DNA from: Macrostomum lignano
Lineage: Eukaryota
Length of the DNA stretch: 64,000 bases
Direction of reading: 5' to 3'
NCBI GenBank assembly: GCA_002269645.1
Contig: NIVC01000093.1
Coordinates: 868,001 to 932,000 of the forward strand
In this document: piece by piece, positions 32,801 to 44,600 of the stretch
How positions within the stretch are numbered: the stretch's first letter is position 1
Layout: each line of letters begins with the position of its first letter
Notes under the pieces: model-generated
What the model was told of the DNA's origin: nothing
Databases searched by the model: none
Seen by the model: the letters and a program-made list of their open reading frames with translations, nothing else
Translations under genes and position numbers: made by a program

Positions 32801-34811
32801 GAAATATTCGCGTAGTATAACAATAGCGCTTGAATTTATATGTTTCTAAGAAATGTAAAACTACTTACTAAATTCGAGGCCTATTGCAAATAGCAGCTTT
32901 GCAAAATACCATGCATTAATACATTTCAAATGAAGCCAGACTATCAGCCCTGGGTTCATTTTGTTTCATAAAAGTCAATAGGCAAATAGTGCTTCATGAA
33001 CTTGTTGCTTTTTGATCATGTTTGGCATTGCTAGGCCTATCAATGTCAGAAATTGAAATGGCTAGCTTTTTGTTTTGAGCAATTTATTAGCTATATAAAG
33101 GCCCTGTCTTTGGGAGGCATATAGTATGATGTAACTCCCTCAAAATACTTAAGAATAGGACAGTAATACATGAGTAATAGAGTATAATAAAATACTATAA
33201 TAATTTTACTGAGCCATTATTTAAATGCTTTTCAACATCAGTTACTAGCCTAGATGCAGTGAGATGGGTGCTTCAACCAAATAGTTTTTGCCATAGACAC
33301 AAAATCAAATTTCGTTAGGACTTTCAAAAAAGTTTCAACCTAATCTTTCATTTGCATAGATTGTATATTTTTGAGACATTAATAATGATATTGAAGTAAG
33401 GGATGGGCAGATGCTTCTGTAGAAATTTCTAAATTCAGTGCAGAAGTACACAAATAGGAATTCATGCTGTTGAATAAGCTTCTCAATAGTCTGTGGACAC
33501 CTGTGATAGGTCAGCAATTGTCACTTAATACTTGTCACTTCATAAGAATGAAAAGTATAATAAAGCTCAACTTAAATCACTGCAAATTGTCCAGGCCAGT
33601 TTCTTTTCTGTCAGCAATGGAGCTGCGACTGTGGCAAGCAGGCAGGTGCCAACAGTCTGCTGCCATGTGATAGAAACTGATGACAAGCTGATAGAAAAAA
33701 AGACACACAAAGCACCTATACTAACTGCTGGCTTCCATCATCCTCGATGATAAGTTGATCACCGACAGCAAGTGGTACACTTTTCCATGATATGATATCA
33801 GTAAGTCCATCGATAGCCTATCAAAGATTATAAGAAGCCAGCAAGATATTTTTCGTGCCTTGGTTGTTCAAATACAATGTTTGTTGCTGCTCATGATTAT
33901 CTTATATGCCAGGTTTGATGTGATCTCCTCCTAGATGGCTGCCAACTCAAATGTGACTCTTATATATATATATATCAATGCAGAATTTTCTTACGCAAAA
34001 AGTAAACTGTAAACTTTTCAACTTAATGTTGAAAAGGAGACAGACAAGAGTCTTAGTCTGGACAATGGTAGGCAATAAATTTTTGCAAATGGGGAAAACA
34101 ATATAATTTTTGGTTTATAAAAGATTTGGAAAGAATTTGGAAGATGGGATTCAGGTCATAAGATTCAGCTGATAGGAGTTCTATCCCCTTTCTCCTCTAG
34201 TGAAAGAGTTGGCCTTATGTAGTATAAATCAAATTACTATAATTAAACTAATTAATAATAGTGTCACTGCTTCTGCTTGCTAAAAATATACTGAAATATA
34301 GAAATACACAATACTAAGCTCTTAGTCTTACACAATTTCATGTATGACTGGGGCAGCAAAGAATTCTCCACTCAAACCTTCCTATAATTGGCCCTAGGGG
34401 GGGGGTAAGCCTTAGCCAATGAGAGAAAAAATTCTGGGGAATGCCACAGGTGGGGTCCATGGATTTTGAGCCTTTGTCCTTGGGCCCAACTGTAGTTGCA
34501 TCAGCCAAGTCAGCTGCTAGTTGGTTGTGTATGTTTTCATGGTCAAGGTTAATAGATTTATGACTCATTTTGTCATAATAATTTCCTAGACTAGTTTAAA
34601 ACAACCACTATTGAAGAGCTTTTTAAAAAGTCAAAATGTATAATTAGTAATGATAAATTATTAATTCATGTTTTTTATTTATATTTTACACTTTTGAGTT
34701 GAGTAAACTATAATAAAAGTGTAAAGTAGACAGTGCATTGCAAACAAAGCATGAAATATTCTATTTTTTACTATTTCTTTCAGCATATAGAATAGCAATC
34801 ACACAGGTACT

Positions 34812-37800
34812 ATGGCTTCTATGCATTGTGACAGTGCCTCAGAATCTGATGCCTCATCTATTGATGGAAGCAGCTCAGCATCAGTTGGTCTCAGTTTTGG
34901 ATCGTTAAAGTGTCGAATGGACTCTCTTTTGCAGGTATTGTCTAATATACTAATATTTTTTCAATTGAATAGTCAATTCTTGTTTTTGTGCAGTTTAATG
35001 ATTGTGAATTATTGTCTCTGTGAAGTGTTATGATTGTGAATTATTGTCTCTGTGAAGTGTTATGATTGTGAATTATTGTCTTTGTGCATTTTAAGTTTTA
35101 TTGAATCCTGAAGTTTAGAGTTTGTGAATTTCAAGTCCTTATTTACTAATTGAAAATAACTTCAGGAGAAGCGAGTTCTTCGCATGGAAGCGGAGACTCT
35201 GAAGCTGAGCATCAAGTCGCTTCAGCAGGAGAATCAAAGTCTGCGCCGAGCCAGCGTTAACATACAGGCTCAGGCAGAGCAAGAAGAGGAGTACATCACC
35301 AATACAATGCTAAAGAAGATACAGAGTCTGCAGCAGGAGAAAGAACGATTAGCGCAAAGCTACGAACAAGAAGAGGAGCATCTTACAAACGATTTAACTA
35401 AACGCTTGCGCACTCTACAGCAGGAGAAAGTTGACCTAGAGGCGCAGCTAGAACGCGAACAGGAGGCTCAAGTTAATAAATTATTGAAACGTATCGACCG
35501 CCTTGAAAACGAGGTCACCGCCAAGCAATCGGCTTTGGACCAGTTGCGCCAGGAGAAGGTGGCTTTGGAGAATTCTCTCGAACAGGAGCAGGTAAATAAA
35601 GTTTCTTTTGCTTTCATAAAATACCTAATCTTAAATGCAGGATTTTTAATTAGGTAGAGTTGAACAATTGTTAATTTGTGACGATCAAGATTCAATAAGC
35701 AATAATATTTCACTGTTAAAATTTCACTGTTAAAATTTCACTGTCTATAGTGACAATTTGACTGTCAATCAGTGACAATTTGACTGTCAATCAGTGACAA
35801 TTTGACTGTCAATCAGTGACAATTTGACTGTCAATCAGTGACAATTTGACTGTCAATCAGTGACAATTTGACTGTCAATCAATGACAATTTGACAATTTG
35901 TGACAATTTTACTGTCAGTCAGTGTCAATTTGACTGTTAATCAGTGACAATTTGACAATTTGTGACAATCAGTGACAATTTGACAATTTGTGACAATCAG
36001 TGACAATTTGACAATTTGTGACAATCAGTGACAATTTGTGAGAATCAGTGACAATTTGACCATTTGTGACAAGTTTACTGTTAATCAGTGACAATTTGAC
36101 AATTTGTGACAATTTGACAATTTGACTGCCTGACGATTTCACTGTCAGTGACAAATTCATTGACAATTTGTCAAAATATTTAGTGAGCCTAAATATGAAA
36201 TCTAATATCATTGTTGATACTCCATACTTTGAAGATGGTGTAGTGTAATACGAGTGTTGTCTTTAACTTTCTAAGTGACATCTTTTGAGTAGATGTCTTT
36301 CTAATCCATTTACTGCATGTTGTATGCAATGTAATCAGGAGTCCTTGGTCAATCGTCTGTGGAAGCAAATGGAAAAACTGGAGGCTGAAAAGAAGAATCT
36401 GCAAAAGCGGCTGGAAGGTGATCAGCAGCCGCAGCGGCGACTGTCCAGCACTTCAGATATGCAGGTAACCGTTGGGTACTGAGCATTTTTATGGCACTAT
36501 TTGAGTCTGTTGTAGCAATATATTAATAATCTCCCAATATTATCACCTGGTAATCTCCTAATTTTATCACTTGGGATTCTCCCAATTTTATCAGCTGGGA
36601 TTCCTCCAATTTTATCGGCTGATATTCTAATTTTATCAGCTGGAACTGGGATTCTCCCAATTTTATCGGCTGGGATTCCCCAATTTTATCAGCTGGGATT
36701 CTCCCAATTTTATCGGCTGATATTCTCCTAATTTTATCAGCTGGAACTGGGATTCTCCCAATTTTATCGGCTGATATTCTCCTAATTTTATCAGCTGGAA
36801 CTGGGATTCTCCCAATTTTATCGGCTGGGATTCCCCAATTTTATCAGCTGGGATTCTCCCAATTTTATTGGCTGATATTCTCCTAATTTTATCAGCTGGA
36901 ACTGGGATTCTCCCAATTTTATCGGCTGGGATTCCCCAATTTTATCAGCTGGGATTCCCCAATTTTATCAGCTGGGATTCTCCCAATTTTATCGGCTGAT
37001 ATTCTCCTAATTTTATCAGCTGGAACTGGGATTCTCCCAATTTTATCGGCTGGGATTCCCCAATTTTATCAGCTGGGATTCCCCCAATTTTATCACCTAG
37101 GATTCTCCCAATTTTATCAGCTGGGATTTCCCCAATTTTATCACCTAGGATTCTCCCAATTTTATCGGCTGGGATTCCCCCAATTTTATCACCTAGGATT
37201 CTCCCAATTTTATCACCTAGGATTCTCCCAATTTTATCAGCTGATATTCTCCCAATTTTATCACCTAGGAATCTCCCAATTTTATCACCTAGGAATCTCC
37301 CAATTTTATCACCTAGGAATCTCCCAATTTTATCACCTAGGAATCTCCCAATTTTATCACCTAGGAATCTATCAATTTTATCAGCTGGGACTGGGATTAT
37401 CCGAATTTTATCGGCTGGGATTCCCCCAATTTTATCACCTAGAATTTTCCCAATTTTATCAGCTGGGACTGGGATTCTCCCAATTTTATCAACTGGGATT
37501 CTCCCAATTTTATCAGCTGGGATTCTCCCAATTTTATCAGCTGGGATTCTCCCAATTTTATCAGCTGGGATTCCTCCAATTTTATCAGCTGGGATTCCTC
37601 CAATTTTATCAGCTGGGATTCTCCCAATTTTATCAGCTGGGATTCCTCCAATTTTATCAGCTGGGATTCTCCCAATTTTATCGCGTAGAAATGCTTGAAT
37701 TTTTTCCATTCTAGCCTACCACCTGTTAATTGTTCAAACTTACCCTTAAAAGCCATTCTATATCAATATTTTAAATAAACAAACAAATGCAGGTAGAATG

Positions 37801-38161
37801 CAGCCTAGACGACCCCGAAGCCATGCTAAGCAACATCAACCAGCTCAAAGCTGATTTGGGCAATCTGCGCAAGCAGCTGGACTCAGCCAAGGCCGGTCAT
37901 CGCGCCAGCATGTCCCGATTGGAGCACGAGGAGCGCAGCCTACAGGCCGAGAACGCCTGCCTTCGTGAGCGTCTCGACGATGAAGAATTGAAACGCGATC
38001 GCCTCACTAGGAATCTGTCTGAATCTGACGCCGGTTCCGATGCTGGCGTTGCTATGGAAACCGAGCCAAAGCGACAGCAGCTGGAGCCGCTGTGCTTGCA
38101 GTGTCAGAAGCGTAGGCAGAATCTGATTCCGTCGCCTTCTGGCTCCGGTGGAAATTCTTGA
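34812..38161 (+). CDS. CCDC6: Coiled-coil domain-containing protein 6
   Basis: Exons 34812-34934, 35166-35591, 36339-36464, 37793-38161 (347 aa, all phase 0). Motifs [65 protein letters not shown] and LSESD. Confidence 0.93.
34998..35090. repeat. ~31-bp triple repeat in CCDC6 intron 1
   Basis: ATGATTGTGAATTATTGTCTCTGTGAAGTGTT, about 3 copies. Confidence 0.8.
35750..36175. repeat. ~22-bp minisatellite (GTGACAATTTGACTGTCAATCA) in CCDC6 intron 2
   Basis: Direct reading. Confidence 0.9.
36525..37682. repeat. 24-bp minisatellite (CTGGGATTCTCCCAATTTTATCAG) in CCDC6 intron 3
   Basis: About 45 units; IGRIPADK pseudo-ORF on the minus strand. Confidence 0.95.
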
Positions 38162-38200
38162 TTGAATTTTTATTGGTAATCATGCTTTAGAATAACAAAT

Positions 38201-38335
38201 AGGGGTTGTGGCCTAGTGGTTAAAGGTCGGGGGTTCGATTCTCTCGACCCACTCGGAACAAGTTATAATGTCCTTGAGCAAAACACTTGACTTTCTGCAT
38301 TGCTTCAGTTCACCCAGCTGTAAAATGGGTGCCAG
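38201..38335 (+). mobile_element. tRNA-derived SINE, family A, in the CCDC6 3'UTR region
   Basis: A-box-like TGGCCTAGTGG, B-box GGTTCGATTC, shared core. Confidence 0.8.
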
Positions 38336-38661
38336 GAGTTCGTTCGCTTACTTAATTATGAAATGGCAACTGAGTATAAAATGAATTTCACATTTCCATC
38401 ATACTACTGTTATTCGAGTTGTTTATGCAACTTCTTATTAATGTCAATGTTATTAATGTCTTTTGGTTGTCCAGATTATTAAAATTCCTGCTCCCAGGTG
38501 TAATTGTAATATGCCATGATGTAATTTACAGGTCTGTAGCATACTGTAATAAGCTTCTTTAGGACCAAATTAGGAATATAGAATAGTAGTGACTATTGTC
38601 GGTGAAGTTGATAATAATTAAGCTTTTAAATGGAGAGTCCCCATTTGCTGTAGCAGTCCTG

Positions 38662-39772
38662 CACTGCCACAGAACTGCACTTGGCCATAGACAATAAAGC
38701 CAATCAAAGCCACTGCCACAGAACTGCACTCGGCCATAGACAATAAAGCTAATCAAAGCCACTGCCACAGAACTGCTCTTGGCCATAGACAATAAAGCCA
38801 ATCAAAGCCACTGCCACAGAACTGCTCTTGGCCATAGACAAAAAAGCCAATCAAAGCCACTGCCACAGAACTACACTCGGCCATAGACAATAAAGCCGAT
38901 CAAAGCCACTGCCACAGAACTGCTCTTGGCCATAGACAATAAAGCCAATCAAAGCCACTGCCACAGAACTGCTCTTGGCCATAGACAATAAAACCGATCA
39001 AAACCACTGCCACAGAACTGCACTCGGCCATAGACAATAAAGCCAATCAAAGCCACTGCCACAGAACTGCACTCGGCCATAGACAATAAAGCCAATCAAA
39101 GCCACTGCCACAGAACTGCACTTGGCCATAGACAATAAAGCCAATCAAAGCCACTGCCACAGAACTGCACTCGGCCATAGACAATAAAGCTAATCAAAGC
39201 CACTGCCACAGAACTGCTCTTGGCCATAGACAATAAAGCCAATCAAAGCCACTGCCACAGAACTGCTCTTGGCCATAGACAATAAAGCCAATCAAAGCCA
39301 CTGCCACAGAACTGCTCTTGGCCATAGACAATAAAGCCGATCAAAACCACTGCCACAGAACTGCACTCGGCCATAGACAATAAAGCCAATCAAAGCCACT
39401 GCCACAGAACTGCACTCGGCCATAGACAATAAAGCCAATCAAAGCCACTGCCACAGAACTACACTCGGCCATAGACAATAAAGCCGATCAAAGCCACTGC
39501 CACAGAACTGCTCTTGGCCATAGACAATAAAGCCAATCAAAGCCACTGCCACAGAACTGCTCTTGGCCATAGACAATAAAGCCGATCAAAACCACTGCCA
39601 CAGAACTGCACTCGGCCATAGACAATAAAGCCAATCAAAGCCACTGCCACAGAACTGCACTCGGCCATAGACAATAAAGCCAATCAAAGCCACTGCCACA
39701 GAACTGCTCTTGGCCATAGACAATAAAGCCAATCAAAGCCACTGTCACAGAACCGCTCTTGGCCATGGACAA
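38662..39772. repeat. 49-bp minisatellite containing AATAAA, downstream of CCDC6
   Basis: CACTGCCACAGAACTGCACTCGGCCATAGACAATAAAGCCAATCAAAGC, about 22 units. Confidence 0.95.
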
Positions 39773-40494
39773 ATTATCAACGTGTCTGACAATAGCTAGC
39801 AGTTATGGTTTGTTTATTTCCATGACTATGCAAGAACCTTTTTACAATCCCAATTTATGTAGTACTTGTATATCTTATACCCAACAAGTGTAACTTTCTA
39901 ATAATCTTAATTCACCAGAATACCAAATCGATTTCTTCATTTCGAGCAATTATTCAGTTTGAAAGGTTCTCTGTTTCGTATTAAACTTCTTTGTATCTAA
40001 GTTGTGCATTTAAAACTTTATAAATCAGTAGTTTCTCAAATAATCTTTTTCTATTAGTTTTTAAGCTCAAAAACTACGCCCTCTGCAATTTTGCCAGTGC
40101 GTATTAATTATCCTTGATTCATGGTCGATATATATTTCATCATCTTGAAGTTTTTTGTGACCAGCTTTATTTGTGTTTAAATTTTCTTTTCTACTATGAG
40201 ACGCTGATCATTGGGTAACATTGTAACTCATTTAACTATTATTGTGCTACACAGGTACATTTTGTAGGCTATTATTATTGTGAATTTGTTTTTTTAAATC
40301 AATTTTTTCAATCTAAAAATCATGTCTGTTGATCGGTTATTCTACAAGAATTTGTAAATATATAATATATGTGTATTTGTTTTGTTTTTGGATTTAAATA
40401 TGACTGTGTTTGGATGCTTTTACAAGCACATGTTTAGCAATTAGCCCTCAATTAAAGTCTCATCATAGTTGGACATCTAGGTCGCATCTCAATC

Positions 40495-41565
40495 ACCTTG
40501 ATCCCATTTTGATACCTGCATTCGATCTGAACACCTAGATCCCTAGATCTAATCTCAACCCTTTTAAATCCCATATTGATTTCAGATCCCATCTCAATTC
40601 CTTAAATTCAAATTGATCCTCAGATCTCATCTCAATTCCCTAAGTCCCATTTGATCCTCAGATCCTATCTGAATTCCCTAAATCCCATTTGATCCTCAGA
40701 TCCCATCTCAATCCTTTTTAGATTCCATTTTGATCTTTAGATCCAATCTAAATCCCTAGATTTTAACTCAGTGTCCGTATACCTATGAGGTATGTATGAT
40801 AGATAAATATTGAATCAAGATCAGATTTAATCAACCACTCATTTCTATAAAATTTTATAACCCTAATAGTTTTAGCTTGAATCTTGTCTCTGGGATTTCA
40901 TTAGATCTTTGATTTCACTTTTATCCCTAGGGCTCATGCTCCATCTCCATATGGGGTAACCCAGTTCAGCCTCTGGAACCTCACTTCAGTCTTTAGGTCT
41001 GTACATTTTTCGTTTTAGTCTCTTACTCTAGATCTCTCTAGATTTTCATTTTTAGTATATGGATATCTAGATTCAACACTTAAGTCTCTAGATCTCTAGA
41101 TCCATTAGCCTCTAGATCTTTTGATCCCCAATCAACTCTCTAGATCTCTAGATCCCTCAGATTAGTCTCTATATCTCTAGATCGCTCACAGTCTCTAGAT
41201 CTCTGGATTCCTCATTTTAGCCTCTAGATCTCTAGATTCCTCACATTAGTCTCTAGATCTCTAGACCCCTCGCATTAGCCTCTATAGATCTCTAGATCCC
41301 TCACTTTAGTCTTTTGATCTCTAGATCCCCACTTCAGTTTTCAGATCTATATAGATCCTTTCATTTAGTCTCTAGATCTCTAGACCCCCAATTAAGTCTT
41401 TAGTTCTCTAGATCCTTTCATTTAGTCTCTAGATCTCTAGACCCCCACTTAGTCTTTAGTTCTCTAGATCCTTTTATTTAGTCTAGATCTCTAGACCCCC
41501 ACTTAATCTTTAGTTCTCTATATCCTTTCATTTAGTCTCTAGATCTCTAGACCCCCACCTAAAGT
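40495..41565. repeat. Degenerate repeats (GATCCCAT... and TCTAGATCTCTAGA...) upstream of CWC27
   Basis: Two degenerate arrays at ~40495-40765 and ~41030-41565. Confidence 0.75.
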
Positions 41566-41611
41566 CTTGCAAAATTGACATCTCTAATCTACCACAGAGT
41601 CACTGCTCAGC

Positions 41612-44600
41612 ATGAGCTCAATCTACGTGCTCGAGCCGCCAACGAATGGCCGGGTACTCCTGCAGACCACCGTAGGCAACATCGACATCGAGCTCTGGTC
41701 GAAAGAGGCGCCGAAAGCTTGTAGAAATTTTTTACAATTATGCATGGAAGGTTACTATGACGACACTTTGTTTCATCGCGTTGTGAAGGATTTTATTGTG
41801 CAGGTGAGTAGCTGATTGGCTTCGATTTTGACTGAAATGGTACAATATGTAAAGTCAAGGCATAACTGAGAATTTGTTATATGACTGCTTATAATTTGTT
41901 AAACTAGACTCGAATAAGATGCAGGTGAATCAGAAAAGATTTAAGGGAGTGAAATACGATTCCACTGAGTGAGATAAGATTCATGGGGAGAGAAATAGGA
42001 TTCAAGGAAAGAGAGATAGGATTGATGGGAGAGAGATGAGATTCATGGGAGACATAAGATTCATGAGGAGAGAGATAAGATTAATGGAAAGAGAGATAAG
42101 ATTCATGGGGAGCAAGATAAGATTCCAGTGAGTGAGATAAGATTCATGAGGAGAGATAGGATTCATGGAAAGAGGGATAAGATTCATGAGGAGAGAAATA
42201 GGATTCATGGAAAGAGGGATAAGATTCATGAGGAGAGAGATAAGATTCCAGTGGGTGAGAGAAGATTTTAGTGAGTGAGATAAGATTAAAGGGAGTGAGT
42301 TAGTATCACTGAAACAGGGGTGAGACAAGAGTCCACTGAGATAAGATACAACCTAGCAAAAAGAGGGTGGCGAGAACATCACAGGAAATTCCGCACTGCC
42401 ACGTTGCTATTTATTTCAATACCAAAATTCTTCAACTCTCTGTTAGGGCGGCGATCCAACCGGCACCGGGGAAGGCGGCGACAGCGCGTTTGGCAAACCG
42501 TTCGGGCTGGAGCTGCACTCGCGGCTGCGGTTCAATCGGCGCGGACTGGTTGGCATGGCCTGTCTGCAGCCTGGCCAGAATGGCAGTCAGTTCTTTTTTA
42601 CACTGGCAGCCACTCCGGAGTTGGAGAAGCACAATACTATTTTTGGACAGGTGCGAGAAAAATCATCCAAGAGTTTTGTTGTGTTAGCGCTTAACTTTCT
42701 ACTAACTCAAGTAGACTAAATTGAGTTGTTTTAAATGCGAAATGCGATTCTAATTCATCAAGTGACGCAGATTGCTTTAGACGCAACTCAGTGTTTCCGC
42801 AGGTGAGACTTAAGTAAAAGTGCCATATTTAAGCTCCGCAGGTGAGACTTAATTAAAAGTGCCATATGTAAGCTCCGCAGGTGAGACTTAAGTAAAAGTG
42901 CCATATTTAAGCTCCGCAGGTGAGACTTAAGTAAAAGTGCCATATTTAAGCTCCGCAGGTGAGACTTGAGTAAAAGTGCCATATTTAAGCTCCGCAGGTG
43001 AGACTTAAGTAAAAGTGCCATATTTAAGCTCCGCAGGTGAGACTTGAGTAAAAGTGCCATATTTAAGCTCCGCCTGTGAGACTTAAGTAAAAGTGCCATA
43101 TTTAAGCTCCGCAGGTGAGACTTAAGTAAAAGTGCCATATTTAAGCTCCGCAGGTGAGACTTAAGTAAAAGTGCCATATTTAAGCTCCGCAGGTGAGACT
43201 TGAGTAAAAGTGCCATATTTAAGCTCCGCAGGTGAGACTTGAGTAAAAGTGCCATATTTAAGCTCCGCAGGTGAGACTTGAGTAAAAGTGCCATATTTAA
43301 GCTCCGCCTGTGAGACTTAAGTAAAAGTGCCATATTTAAGCTCCGCAGGAGAGACTTAAGTAAAAGTGCCATATTTAAGCTCCGCAGGTGAGACTTGAGT
43401 AAAAGTGCCATATTTAAGCTCCGCAGGAGAGACTTAAGTAATAGTGCCATATTTAATCTCCGCAGGTGAGACTTAAGTAAAAGTGCCATATTTAAGCTCC
43501 GCAGGTGAGCCTTGAGTAAAAGTGCCATATTTAAGCTCCGCAGGTGAGACTTAAGTAAAAGTGCCATATTTAAGCTCCGCAGGTGAGACTTGAGTAAAAG
43601 TGCCATATTTAAGCTCCGCAGGTGAGACTTAACTCCCTGTACCCAATAAACTTTGGTATTAAAATGCTTGCCGCCAAATCGATAAATAATGCATTAATTA
43701 CCGCTCGCAGGTGGTCGGCAACTCCCTATTCAATATGCTACGCTTAGCTGAATGCGAAACCGACCAGCAGGAGCGACCATTGAATCCGCAGCGCATCATC
43801 AGCGCCAGAGTTATCGATAATCCGTACCCGGATTTGGCGCCGCGCGAAGAGCAGCTGGAATTGCGCCGGCGTCGCCAACAGGAGCAGCAGCTCAAGCAGC
43901 AGGAGGAGTCCGAGGCCGCCAAATCTGGCTTTGGTTATAAGCGTAAAAAGCTGCCGAAATCTGAGGCGAAAGCCACCAGAAATTTGGCGCTGCTGTCATT
44001 TGGCGACGAAGCTGAAGAAATTGAAGAAGAACAAGAAGCCGATGGCGAAGCACAGGATAAAAAGAAGAAGAAACAGAAGAAAATAATGAGCTCGCATGAT
44101 TTGTTGGACGATCCACGCCTGAGCTCGGAGACTGCTCCCATACTCCCTGTAGAGGTGAGCGAGAGAATGCTGGTGCTTTTTCCTGTCCCCCCTCTGTAGC
44201 TGGCGCCCCCTCTGTAGCTGGCGCCCCCTCTGTAGCTGGTGTGCCCTCTGTAGCTGGCGCCCCCTCTGTAGCTGGCGCCCCCTCTGTAGCTGGCGCCCCC
44301 TCTGTAGCTGGTGTGCCCTCTGTAGCTGGCGCCCCCTCTGTAGCTGGTGTGCCCTCTGTAGCTGGCGCCCCCTCTGTAGCTGGCGCCCCCTATGTAGCTG
44401 GTGTGCCCTCTGTAGCTGGCGCCCCCTCTGTAGCTGGCGCCCCCTCTGTAGCTGGTGTGCCCTCTGTAGCTGGCGCTCCCTCTGTAGCTGGCGCCCCCTC
44501 TGTAGCTGGCGCCCCCTCTGTAGCTGGTGTGCCCTCTGTAGCTGGCGCCCCCTCTGTAGCTGGCGCCCCCTCTGTAGCTGGCGCCCCTCTGTAGCTGGTG

